Below are positions 18,252-26,480 of a stretch of DNA of 45,616 nt, in pieces. The number at the start of each line of letters is the position of its first letter. The stretch's first letter is position 1. The stretch covers positions 1 through 45,616 of the forward strand of contig CAZEID010000013.1 of the NCBI GenBank assembly GCA_964512075.1, in the 5' to 3' direction. This DNA comes from an uncultured Candidatus Saccharibacteria bacterium (GTDB lineage Bacteria; Patescibacteriota; WWE3; 9FT-COMBO-53-11). The position numbers and the translations under genes were made by a program. The notes beneath the pieces are model-generated. The model searched no databases and was not told the DNA's origin. It saw only the letters and a list, made by a program, of their open reading frames with translations.

Positions 18252-20270
18252 ATGGAGCTTTTGAAAGATCTTCGGTTGCCGCCGCTCTCTCCTCACATCC
18301 CTTCCGCCCCGGGAAAGAAAAGAAGGAAGAAAGCGAAGAGAGGGCGCCCGAAAATTAAGCTGGTTCTCCTATCGATGTTCCTCTTTCTGTTGCTCCTCTT
18401 CCTGCTGTTGGGGGTCCTTCCTTTGGCTTTGCTCTACCCTTCGGCGAGAAGTCTAAATTCGGCGGTCGGGGTTCTGAAGGGCGCAATTGGTGACCGCGAT
18501 TTGGCGGCGATCGGATCGGCCGTGGTGGCGGCGGCCGAGGATTTCGACCAGCTGGAAGGGAATTATCGCCGGTTGGCATACTTCCGACTCGTTCCGGTGG
18601 TCCGCCACTATTACGAGGACGGAGTCCATCTTCTTGCCGCCGGCCGGTTGTTGTTGGATTCCATCGGGATGGTGGGGGAGGCGATTAGACCCTACGAGGA
18701 AATTTTGGGATGGAAAGTTGGTTTTGGGCAGCAGATCACGGTAGAACAGCAGTTGGGAAATTTGGTTGACACTCTTCCGAATTTGGCAGATGGGCTCGAT
18801 GCCGTTTGGAAAAATATCGGTCAGATTCAGAACGAGCTTGATCAGGTTAACCCCCAAAGGTACCCGGAGGAGGTGCGGGGGGTAAAGGTGCGGTTTTGGT
18901 TGGAGGAAGCCCGCAATATTCTAGCGGAGACCGCGCCCCTTGTCTCCCGGGGGCGGGAAGTATTGGAAGTGGCCCCCGCGCTGCTTGGTTCACCGAAACG
19001 AACCTATCTGGTTCTTTTCCAGAATGGGGCGGAATTGCGGGCGACCGGGGGGTTTATTACGGGTTTTTCCCTTTTGACGGTCGAGGGGGGGCGGGTTTTG
19101 GACAATCAATTTCACAGCGGGGCTTATTTTGCGGAGCACTACTCGCCGGAGTTGGGTTCCCCACCCCGGCCGCTGGGAAAGTACTTAGGCGTTGGAAAGT
19201 GGCACTTCCAAGACGCTAATTACTGGCCCGATTTTCCGACCACAGCGGAGGGAATCCTAGCGGTGTGGCGGAAGTCCGGCTTACCGAAGGTCGCGGGGGT
19301 GGTGGCAATTAACACCGAGATTGCGGCCGATCTGTTGGATTTGACGGGGCCGATTCGCATCCGCGGCTACGATCTGGATTTGGCGAATATTAATCTTCCG
19401 GAAGACTGCCGCAAAGGCGGGCGGGATTTTACAGCTGAAAACTTGATCTGTCGGCTAGAGTACTACGTCGAGAAAGCCCCCCGGGGCGGGAAAGGGACCG
19501 AGGCCCGCAAGGCGATCTTGGGCTTGATCTCGGATGCGATTATCAAAAAGGTTTCCCACTCTTCGGCCGAAATCTGGCCGAAGCTAGTTGATTTTGTTTT
19601 CAAGCACTTGGCGGAAAAGAATCTCCTCGTTTACGCGGCGACTCCCAGAGAGCAAGATCTTCTCCGAAGCCTTGGATACACTGGGGAGCTGAAGGAGTAC
19701 GCCGGTGATTATCTCCACATTAGCGACAGCAACTTCGGCGGGTTGAAAACCAACCTTTATCTGCAGATGGAGGTGAGGCAATCGTTAGAGAGAGGAAAGG
19801 AGGGAATTTGGCGGAAAACCGTCCGAATCAAGTACTACAACCCGGCGCCATACGATGGTTGGCTCTCGGGGTATTACAAGGATTTTGTCCGAATTTATGT
19901 TCCTTTAGGTTCTCGGTTGGTTTCAGTTGACGGGGCTCTCCAAATTTGGACGCGTAAAGATTCTTGGGCGGTGACAGTTCAAAACCCCGCTGGTTGGGAA
20001 GAGAACGGCAAGACGGTTTTTGGAGCTTACTTCACCGTCGCTCCTCAAAGAGAGCAGGTGCTGACATTTGTTTATGATCTTCCCGCGGGAGTAGTAAGCG
20101 AGGACGAGGACGACGCCTCTGGCGTTCTAGCTTCCCGCGGGAAGTATCGGCTTCTTCTCCAGAAGCAGCCGGGGACAAATATAGGTCTTGTGGTGGTTAA
20201 GATTGGTGATACGATGGAATCGTTCGGACTAGGGACGGATCGCGAAGTAGTAATTTCGCTCCGCGAATAA
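18252..20270 (+). CDS. DUF4012-domain membrane-anchored protein
   Basis: A basic N-terminus and one TM helix are followed by the hallmark YLVLFQNGAELRATGGFITGF. Confidence 0.75.
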   Translation: MELLKDLRLPPLSPHIPSAPGKKRRKKAKRGRPKIKLVLLSMFLFLLLLFLLLGVLPLALLYPSARSLNSAVGVLKGAIGDRDLAAIGSAVVAAAEDFDQLEGNYRRLAYFRLVPVVRHYYEDGVHLLAAGRLLLDSIGMVGEAIRPYEEILGWKVGFGQQITVEQQLGNLVDTLPNLADGLDAVWKNIGQIQNELDQVNPQRYPEEVRGVKVRFWLEEARNILAETAPLVSRGREVLEVAPALLGSPKRTYLVLFQNGAELRATGGFITGFSLLTVEGGRVLDNQFHSGAYFAEHYSPELGSPPRPLGKYLGVGKWHFQDANYWPDFPTTAEGILAVWRKSGLPKVAGVVAINTEIAADLLDLTGPIRIRGYDLDLANINLPEDCRKGGRDFTAENLICRLEYYVEKAPRGGKGTEARKAILGLISDAIIKKVSHSSAEIWPKLVDFVFKHLAEKNLLVYAATPREQDLLRSLGYTGELKEYAGDYLHISDSNFGGLKTNLYLQMEVRQSLERGKEGIWRKTVRIKYYNPAPYDGWLSGYYKDFVRIYVPLGSRLVSVDGALQIWTRKDSWAVTVQNPAGWEENGKTVFGAYFTVAPQREQVLTFVYDLPAGVVSEDEDDASGVLASRGKYRLLLQKQPGTNIGLVVVKIGDTMESFGLGTDREVVISLRE

Positions 20271-20307
20271 CGCCCTTCCCACTAGTTGCAAGCTTAGGCC
20301 TGCCTAG

Positions 20308-21069
20308 ATGTCGACCTACCGAGAAGAAGGAATTGTCATCCGCAAAAAAGATTTTGGTGAGGCCGATAAGATTCTCACGCTTTACACCCGCGACCGCGGC
20401 CGGGTAACAGCTTTCGCTCCCGGAGCTCGAAAAGTTACCTCTCGTAAGGCTTCGGCGACGGAACTTTTCACCCACGGCGTCTATTTTTTCTCCGAAGGGA
20501 AGAATATGGATGTGATTACCGAAAGCGAAGTGTTAAATTCCTTCTACCCGTTGCGGGACGATTTGCCGAAGGCCGCGCTTGCCTTTTACTTGGCCGAGCT
20601 GTTGGATTTCCTTCTTCCCGAAGGTCAGCCGAACTACCCGGTCTACCGGCTTTTCCTGGAGTCGGTTTCGCTCCTCTCCCGGGCTAAGCGCCGGCACGAG
20701 CTTTGGGTTCGGGCCTTTGAGATTAAAGCGCTTTCTCAGCTCGGCTACGGCCCGGAGCTTTTTCAATGCGCTCATTGTACGGCTCCTCTTTCAGCCGAAA
20801 AATATTTTCAAGCTCCGTCGGGGGGAACGGTTTGCCGCGATTGTTTTGAAGATGGAATTCTTCTTAACGAGGAGCAATTGTTGTTTCTTCGGGACTTATC
20901 ACGCTTAAATTGGAACGAACTTTCCCGCCTGCGGTTTGAGGATCACCACCTTTACGACGCCGAGAAGATTCTCGGCTACTATCTGCGAGAGGTTTTGGAG
21001 AAGGAGCTTTCCACTGCCGATTTTGTGCGAAAGGCCCGGCAGGAGCTGGCGACGATTGGAACCGCCTGA
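20308..21069 (+). CDS. recO: DNA repair protein RecO
   Basis: The N-terminal OB-fold pattern is EGIVIRKKDFGEADKILTLYTRDRGRV. The C-terminal region has a CxxC...CxxC zinc motif (CAHC...CRDC). Confidence 0.9.
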   Translation: MSTYREEGIVIRKKDFGEADKILTLYTRDRGRVTAFAPGARKVTSRKASATELFTHGVYFFSEGKNMDVITESEVLNSFYPLRDDLPKAALAFYLAELLDFLLPEGQPNYPVYRLFLESVSLLSRAKRRHELWVRAFEIKALSQLGYGPELFQCAHCTAPLSAEKYFQAPSGGTVCRDCFEDGILLNEEQLLFLRDLSRLNWNELSRLRFEDHHLYDAEKILGYYLREVLEKELSTADFVRKARQELATIGTA

Positions 21070-21078
21070 GGTTACTTC

Positions 21079-21087
21079 TGTTATTCT
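21079..21087 (+). promoter_or_regulatory. Extended -10 (TGtTATTCT) 7 nt upstream of the glyQS ATG
   Basis: tgttattct + attctca + ATG 21095. Confidence 0.35.
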
Positions 21088-21094
21088 ATTCTCA

Positions 21095-22396
21095 ATGACG
21101 GCGGATTTATTTGAGAAAGTAGTGGCGCTCGCTAAGCGGCGGGGTTTTGTTTATTCCTCTTCGGAAGTTTACGGTGGACTCTCCGGTTTTTGGGACTTTG
21201 GACCGTTGGGGGTGGAGCTTAAGAATAATCTTAAGGCCGCTTGGTGGGGGAGCGTGGTACACCGTCGGGAGGACGTGGTCGGATTGGATTCCGCGATTAT
21301 TTACAACCCCAAAGTTTGGGAGAAGTCGGGGCACACCAAAAACTTTGCTGATCCTTTAGTGGAGTGCAAGAAGTGCCATCAAAGGCTAAAGGCAGAAAGC
21401 GAAAGGCCAAAAGAGATTGTCTGTCCTAACTGCGGGAGTAAGGATTTCACCGAACCCAAAATGTTCAATCTAATGTTCAAGACCTATGTGGGTCCGGTTG
21501 AGAACAGCGAAAGTTTAGCTTACCTTAGGCCGGAAACTGCGCAGGGGATCTTCATCAACTTTGAAAATATTGTTAAGACCAACCGGCTGAAGTTGCCGTT
21601 TGGGATTGCCCAGATCGGTAAGGCCTTCCGCAACGAAATCACGACCGGCAATTTTGTCTTTCGCTCCCGGGAGTTTGAGCAAGCGGAGCTGGAGTGGTTT
21701 TGCCTTCCCGAAGAGGCCGGGCGGTGGTTTAAGTACTGGCAAAAAGAACGGGTTCGCTGGTATGAAGAGTTGGGAATGCGCAAGGAGAATCTCAAATTCC
21801 GCGAGCACGAGGATAAGGAAAGGGCCCACTACGCCGTCACCGCTTTTGACATTGAGTATCACTTCCCCTGGGGTTGGGGAGAATTGGAGGGGATTGCCAA
21901 CCGTTCCGACTACGATCTTAAGGCCCACGGATTGAAATATAAGGACGGAGAGACCGGGAAGGAATTGATTCCGTTTGTGGTGGAGCCGTCCGTCGGGATC
22001 GAGCGAGCGGCGTTTGCCTTTCTTTTGGATGCTTACCATGAGGAAGGCGGAGCGGGTGAGAAGCGGGTGGTGCTCAAGTTGAGTCCGGGACTTTCTCCTT
22101 ATAAAGTCGCGGTCTTTCCGCTGGTGGCGAACAAGCCCGAGTTGGTTAAGAAAGCTCGGGAGGTCTACTCGCTGCTTACTACTAATTACTCACTACTTCC
22201 GATCGCTTGGGACGCGCGGGGAAATGTTGGGAAGCGTTACTATGCCCAAGATGAGATTGGAACGCCGTGGTGCGTGACGATTGATTATCAAACCTTGGAA
22301 GACCAAACCGTAACGGTGCGGGATCGAGATACCACTAAACAAGAGAGAATTAAAGCCACCGATCTTCCCAAACTGTTTTTAGATAAGCTTTCCTAG
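21095..22396 (+). CDS. glyQS: Glycine--tRNA ligase (dimeric class II GlyQS type)
   Basis: MTADLFEKVVALAKRRGFVYSSSEVYGG..., LRPETAQGIF, IAQIGKAFRNEI and FNLMFKT are present. The start is at internal Met 54 of the track ORF, because the upstream extension overlaps recO. Confidence 0.9.
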   Translation: MTADLFEKVVALAKRRGFVYSSSEVYGGLSGFWDFGPLGVELKNNLKAAWWGSVVHRREDVVGLDSAIIYNPKVWEKSGHTKNFADPLVECKKCHQRLKAESERPKEIVCPNCGSKDFTEPKMFNLMFKTYVGPVENSESLAYLRPETAQGIFINFENIVKTNRLKLPFGIAQIGKAFRNEITTGNFVFRSREFEQAELEWFCLPEEAGRWFKYWQKERVRWYEELGMRKENLKFREHEDKERAHYAVTAFDIEYHFPWGWGELEGIANRSDYDLKAHGLKYKDGETGKELIPFVVEPSVGIERAAFAFLLDAYHEEGGAGEKRVVLKLSPGLSPYKVAVFPLVANKPELVKKAREVYSLLTTNYSLLPIAWDARGNVGKRYYAQDEIGTPWCVTIDYQTLEDQTVTVRDRDTTKQERIKATDLPKLFLDKLS

Positions 22397-22460
22397 ATAA
22401 ATCTAGTTGGTGTGTGTTTGGCGGTCGGGATTTTGGGGCGTGTTTGCTATCAGGGGGAAA

Positions 22461-22493
22461 TTGACTTCCAACTTTAATTATTTAAATAATTAA
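22461..22493 (+). promoter_or_regulatory. Putative promoter (TTGACT) overlapped by a perfect 20-bp palindrome, upstream of the TrpR-like gene
   Basis: ttgact lies at 22461-22466. The palindrome ttaattatttaaataattaa spans 22474-22493 and ends 5 nt before the ATG. Confidence 0.45.
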
Positions 22494-22498
22494 AAACA

Positions 22499-22906
22499 AT
22501 GGCACAGGTTTCTAAGAGAACAATGAAACCAGAGATCAAAAAGCAGATTTATGAGTTGTTTTGGGATTCTCTGGCGAAGCTGAAAAACGCCCAAGAAGCG
22601 GAGAAGTTTTATCTCGATCTTTTGACCTACACCGAAAAGGTAGTATTGGCGAAGAGATGGGCGATTGCGGTGCTATTGCTCCGGGGATTGGGCTACAGTG
22701 AGATAAAAGAATTACTTAAAGTGAGCGATCCTACCATTACCAGGGTTCGGAATCAACTTCGGGCCGGTGGCGGGTTCTTGCTTGTCGCCGAGAGATTATC
22801 GCGGCAGGAGTTTTGGCGGCAGTTCGCTAAAGGATTCGAAAAGCCGAACTCGGTATATCCTCGGCAGAGAAAGAGTTACCTCAAGTTTCCTTTTGGGGCC
22901 CCTTGA
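22499..22906 (+). CDS. TrpR-related YerC/YecD-family DNA-binding protein
   Basis: 135 aa. LLTYTEKVVLAKRWAIAVLLLRGLGYSEIKELLKVSDPTITRV matches the TrpR/YerC helix-turn-helix layout. Confidence 0.75.
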   Translation: MAQVSKRTMKPEIKKQIYELFWDSLAKLKNAQEAEKFYLDLLTYTEKVVLAKRWAIAVLLLRGLGYSEIKELLKVSDPTITRVRNQLRAGGGFLLVAERLSRQEFWRQFAKGFEKPNSVYPRQRKSYLKFPFGAP

Positions 22907-22964
22907 CTTTTGATTTAAGAATGCACTAGAGTGGTGATTAGTGGTTACCAGTCCCTAAGTGTGG
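22903..22964 (+). promoter_or_regulatory. Putative Pmra promoter plus MraZ-box array (GTGG repeats at 10-nt phase)
   Basis: ttgact (22903) + 18 nt + tagagt (22927). GTGG then occurs at 22931, 22941 and 22961, with a degenerate GTCC at 22951, giving exact 10-nt periodicity. Confidence 0.5.
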
Positions 22965-23039
22965 GGAAGGAACCCCGGTTTTACGCTCGTTTTGGGGAAA
23001 AGTGCCGAAGCGAGTGGAGCCTGCCCTTTAACAAAGATC

Positions 23040-23456
23040 ATGCTGATCGGCGAATACCGTTATCGGGTAGGACTGAAAAATCGAATTGCTCTGCCCAAAA
23101 AGCTGCGGGAAGATTTGGGGTCCCGGGTTGTGGCAATGCGCGGGTACGAAGGTTCGATTTTGGTGGTTTCCCAGCGGGGATGGTCCAAGTTGGTCGAGGA
23201 AGTTCTTAACGGACCGCTAACCAACTCGCAGATTCGGGATACGGCCCGGTTCCTGATGGGAGGGGCGCACGAAATTGAGTTAGATGCCCAGGGCCGGTTC
23301 GTCCTACCACCTTCCCTAATAGAGCACGCGGGGATTACGGTTGGCGGGGAAGTGGTTTTTGTTGGGTTGGGGCGCTGGGTGGAGATTTGGTCGGCCCCGC
23401 GTTGGATTGAGCGTCTTCGGGACCTTCGCGAGCACTCTCCCCGAATCGATCTCTAG
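23040..23456 (+). CDS. mraZ: Transcriptional regulator MraZ
   Basis: MLIGEYRYRVGLKNRIALPKKLRE is followed by a second half-domain, DAQGRFVLPPSLIEHAG. The start is at internal Met 28 of the track ORF. Confidence 0.9.
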   Translation: MLIGEYRYRVGLKNRIALPKKLREDLGSRVVAMRGYEGSILVVSQRGWSKLVEEVLNGPLTNSQIRDTARFLMGGAHEIELDAQGRFVLPPSLIEHAGITVGGEVVFVGLGRWVEIWSAPRWIERLRDLREHSPRIDL

Positions 23457-23476
23457 CTATTTTTGCTTGTGACCGA

Positions 23477-24343
23477 ATGAACAAAGCGATTCATGTTCCG
23501 GTTCTCCTTCGGGAGGTCGGAGAGCTTCTAAGAGTGAGGCCGAATGGAAAATATATTGATGCGACCGTGGGGGAAGGGGGTCACGCCCAAGAGATTCTCC
23601 GGCGGGGAGGTCGGGTTTTGGGAATTGACCAGGATCCGGCTATTCTAGCAGTTGCTCGAAGAAGGTTGGGCCCGAAGGTGAGGTTAGCACAAGGAAATTT
23701 TCGGGAAATTGCCGCGATTGCCAAGGAGCGGGGCTTTACCGAAGTAGCGGGGGTCTTGCTGGACTTAGGAATCTCCTCCTGGCAATTAGAGAAATCCGGC
23801 CGAGGTTTTTCCTTCCAGCGAGATGAGCCGCTGGACATGCGACTGAGTCCCCAATTGACGGTTACGGCAGCAGATCTTTTGAACGGCTTGAATCGAAATG
23901 AACTGGAGGAACTTTTTCAAAAATATGGTGAGGAAAAGCGAGCTCGGCTACTGGCTGCGGCTGTTGTTCGCGCCCGTTCCCTAAAGCCTTTTCGGACCAC
24001 TTTCGACTTGGTCAGGGTGGTGGAAAAAGTTGTTAGGAAGCGGGGAAGGACCCATCCAGCGACAAAGATCTTTCAAGCGCTCCGGATCGCAGTTAACGAT
24101 GAAATCGGTAGTCTGCGGTCCGCACTGCCCCGAGCGTTTGAGGTTCTCGGTCGAGGCGGTCGTCTGGCGGTGATTTCCTTCCATTCGCTGGAAGATCGGG
24201 AGGTGAAGCGGTTCTTCCGGAAAATGGCCGAGGAGAATCGGGGAGTGATCTTGACGGAGAAACCGATCCGCCCCACCGAGAAAGAAATTGCTGAAAATCC
24301 TCGGGCCCGGTCCGCGCGGCTTCGCGGAGTGCTTAAAAGATGA
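23477..24343 (+). CDS. rsmH: 16S rRNA (cytosine1402-N4)-methyltransferase RsmH
   Basis: HVPVLLREV, DATVGEGGHA, LLDLGISSWQL and ISFHSLEDR are present. Confidence 0.92.
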   Translation: MNKAIHVPVLLREVGELLRVRPNGKYIDATVGEGGHAQEILRRGGRVLGIDQDPAILAVARRRLGPKVRLAQGNFREIAAIAKERGFTEVAGVLLDLGISSWQLEKSGRGFSFQRDEPLDMRLSPQLTVTAADLLNGLNRNELEELFQKYGEEKRARLLAAAVVRARSLKPFRTTFDLVRVVEKVVRKRGRTHPATKIFQALRIAVNDEIGSLRSALPRAFEVLGRGGRLAVISFHSLEDREVKRFFRKMAEENRGVILTEKPIRPTEKEIAENPRARSARLRGVLKR

Positions 24344-24609
24344 TAGGAAAAATTTTTGCTGGTATTGCGGCCATAACTTTCCTGGGAATGATTTTCCTGA
24401 ATAATTCCTTGGCCTCTCGCGGTCGGGAGCTCAACGAGTTGATGGAGCAAAAACGGGTTTTAAAGTCTCAACTTTTGGAGCTTGAAAACCAGATTGACCA
24501 AGCTTCCTCCTTAACGGTGATTCGGGAGGAAGCGGCCAAGCTCGGCTTGGTTCCGGGCAAGCTTCATTTTCTTCCCCCTTCCCCCGTCGCGCTTGCCCCG
24601 CAACGCTAA
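24340..24609 (+). CDS. ftsL: FtsL-like cell division protein (TM helix plus coiled coil)
   Basis: 89 aa with one N-terminal TM helix and a heptad-rich segment. It sits in the canonical position between rsmH and ftsI. Confidence 0.6.
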   Translation: MIGKIFAGIAAITFLGMIFLNNSLASRGRELNELMEQKRVLKSQLLELENQIDQASSLTVIREEAAKLGLVPGKLHFLPPSPVALAPQR

Positions 24610-26379
24610 ATGCGAGGTTGGAATCGCCTCCGGTTCGTGACTTTTGGCTTTCTAATTCTTTTTCTGGTCGTGATCGGAAGGCTTTTTTACGTGCAAATTC
24701 TCCAGCACGAAAAGTTTCGGATTCTGGCGGAAAAGCAGCAGCAGCGGGTTTATGAAATCCCGGCCGAGCGGGGGAAAATTTTTGCGTCGGGGAGCGCCCT
24801 TGTTACTAATGAGGAGGCGTATTTAGTTTACGCCGACCCCCAGCGGGTGGAGAATCCGGAGGAAGCGGCGGCAAAGATCGCCCCAATCCTGTTGGAGGAT
24901 TCCCGCTTTTTTAGCTATAACCAAGTACCGGCAGAGGTTAAAGAGCCCGCCGCTTACTTAGTTTCCAAGATCAAGGAATCTCTTTCTCAATCCGACCGGC
25001 GGTGGGTTGCAATTGCTCGCAAAGTGCCGGCGTTGCAGGTTGGGAAACTACGGGCATTAGGAATTTCTGGATTGGGATTCCGCTCCTCTCCCCGGCGGTT
25101 TTATCCCGAGGGGACCTTGGCCTCCGCCTTGCTGGGCTTTGTTGCTTCTGATGAGGAGGGGGAAGATAAGGGCTACAACGGAGTCGAGGGCTATTACGAC
25201 TGGGATTTGCGGGGGCGGGCGGGGTGGAGGATCCGGGAGGAATCGGGGTCGCGGGAACCCATCTTGATTGGTGATGAGGTTGAGGTTCAGCCGAAAGACG
25301 GTTCCGACCTGTATTTGACCATCAGTCGGGGGATCCAAGCGGTGTTGGAGCAGAAAGTCGCGGAGGGCGTGAAGCGTTATCGGGCCAAAAGCGGTTCCTT
25401 TGTGGTTTTGGAGCCCAAAACTGGGAAGGTCCTAGCAATGGGAAGCTATCCCAGTTTTGATCCAGGGAATTTCAACCCCCGACTAGCGGATACGGACCAA
25501 AAAAGCAAGTATCAAAAAGAGCTACGTAATCTAGCAATTTCGACCACCTATGAGCCGGGGTCGGTGATGAAGGGGGTGACCGTTTCGGCGGCGCTGGATT
25601 CGGGCAGAATCGAACCTTCTTGGACGTTCGTGGATAGCGGCCCGCTTCAGTTGGGGAGCGCTACCATTAACACTTGGGATAACAAGCACTGGGGGAAGCA
25701 GACGCTGGCCGAGCTTTTGCAGCGGTCCAATAACGTGGGAGCAGCTAAGCTAGCGCTGGAGGTGGGGAGGGAGATTCTTCGGAGTTATTTTCTAAACTTC
25801 GGTTTCGGGACGCGCTTAGGAATTGATTTGACGAGCGAGGAATCCGGCTTGGTTAAGGAGTTAAAGGATTGGCGGCAAGTGGATTTGGCTACGGCCGGTT
25901 TTGGTCAGGGGATAGCCGTGACGCCGTTGCAGATGGCCGCCGCTTACGGGGCAATTGCGAACGGGGGAATTCTGATGAAGCCCTTGGTTGTAGAGAAGAT
26001 TGTGGATCCCAGCGGTCGAGAAGTTACCCTTTCGCCGACTCCGGTTCGCCGAGTAATTTCGGTTGAAACTTCGAATGTGATGACTCAACTGCTTCGGGCG
26101 GCGGTGGAAAGGGGGGAAGCGGTCGCTTTGCGGAAGCTAAATTATCGGGTGGCTGGTAAAACTGGAACTGCTCAGGTTCCGGTGGGCGGTCACTACGATC
26201 CAAGAAAGACCAACGTTACTTTTGTGGGTTTCCCGGTCAAAGATCGCGCTTTTGTGATGCTAATCCGGTTGGATGAGCCAACTTTTCCTAATACCTACTC
26301 GGCGACGACCGTCGTGCCGCTGTGGGTGGAAGCCTTCAAGGAAATTGCTCCCCTTGTCGGAATTAGTCCTGACAAGTAG
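24610..26379 (+). CDS. ftsI: Class B penicillin-binding protein / peptidoglycan D,D-transpeptidase FtsI
   Basis: An N-terminal TM helix is followed by the motifs SVMK (SxxK), SNN and KTGTA. Confidence 0.88.
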   Translation: MRGWNRLRFVTFGFLILFLVVIGRLFYVQILQHEKFRILAEKQQQRVYEIPAERGKIFASGSALVTNEEAYLVYADPQRVENPEEAAAKIAPILLEDSRFFSYNQVPAEVKEPAAYLVSKIKESLSQSDRRWVAIARKVPALQVGKLRALGISGLGFRSSPRRFYPEGTLASALLGFVASDEEGEDKGYNGVEGYYDWDLRGRAGWRIREESGSREPILIGDEVEVQPKDGSDLYLTISRGIQAVLEQKVAEGVKRYRAKSGSFVVLEPKTGKVLAMGSYPSFDPGNFNPRLADTDQKSKYQKELRNLAISTTYEPGSVMKGVTVSAALDSGRIEPSWTFVDSGPLQLGSATINTWDNKHWGKQTLAELLQRSNNVGAAKLALEVGREILRSYFLNFGFGTRLGIDLTSEESGLVKELKDWRQVDLATAGFGQGIAVTPLQMAAAYGAIANGGILMKPLVVEKIVDPSGREVTLSPTPVRRVISVETSNVMTQLLRAAVERGEAVALRKLNYRVAGKTGTAQVPVGGHYDPRKTNVTFVGFPVKDRAFVMLIRLDEPTFPNTYSATTVVPLWVEAFKEIAPLVGISPDK

Positions 26380-26462
26380 CCCTTTGGGATTGGGTCTGAA
26401 TTGTTCAATCCGCGAAGCTCTTCCAAAATTTCTGGAATTCTTTTCTTCCGGGGCGCTTTAGG

Positions 26463-26471
26463 TGCTAGAAT
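26463..26471 (+). promoter_or_regulatory. Extended -10 (TGcTAGAAT) 9 nt upstream of the murA GTG
   Basis: tgctagaat + ctagtctca + GTG 26481. Confidence 0.4.
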
Positions 26472-26480
26472 CTAGTCTCA

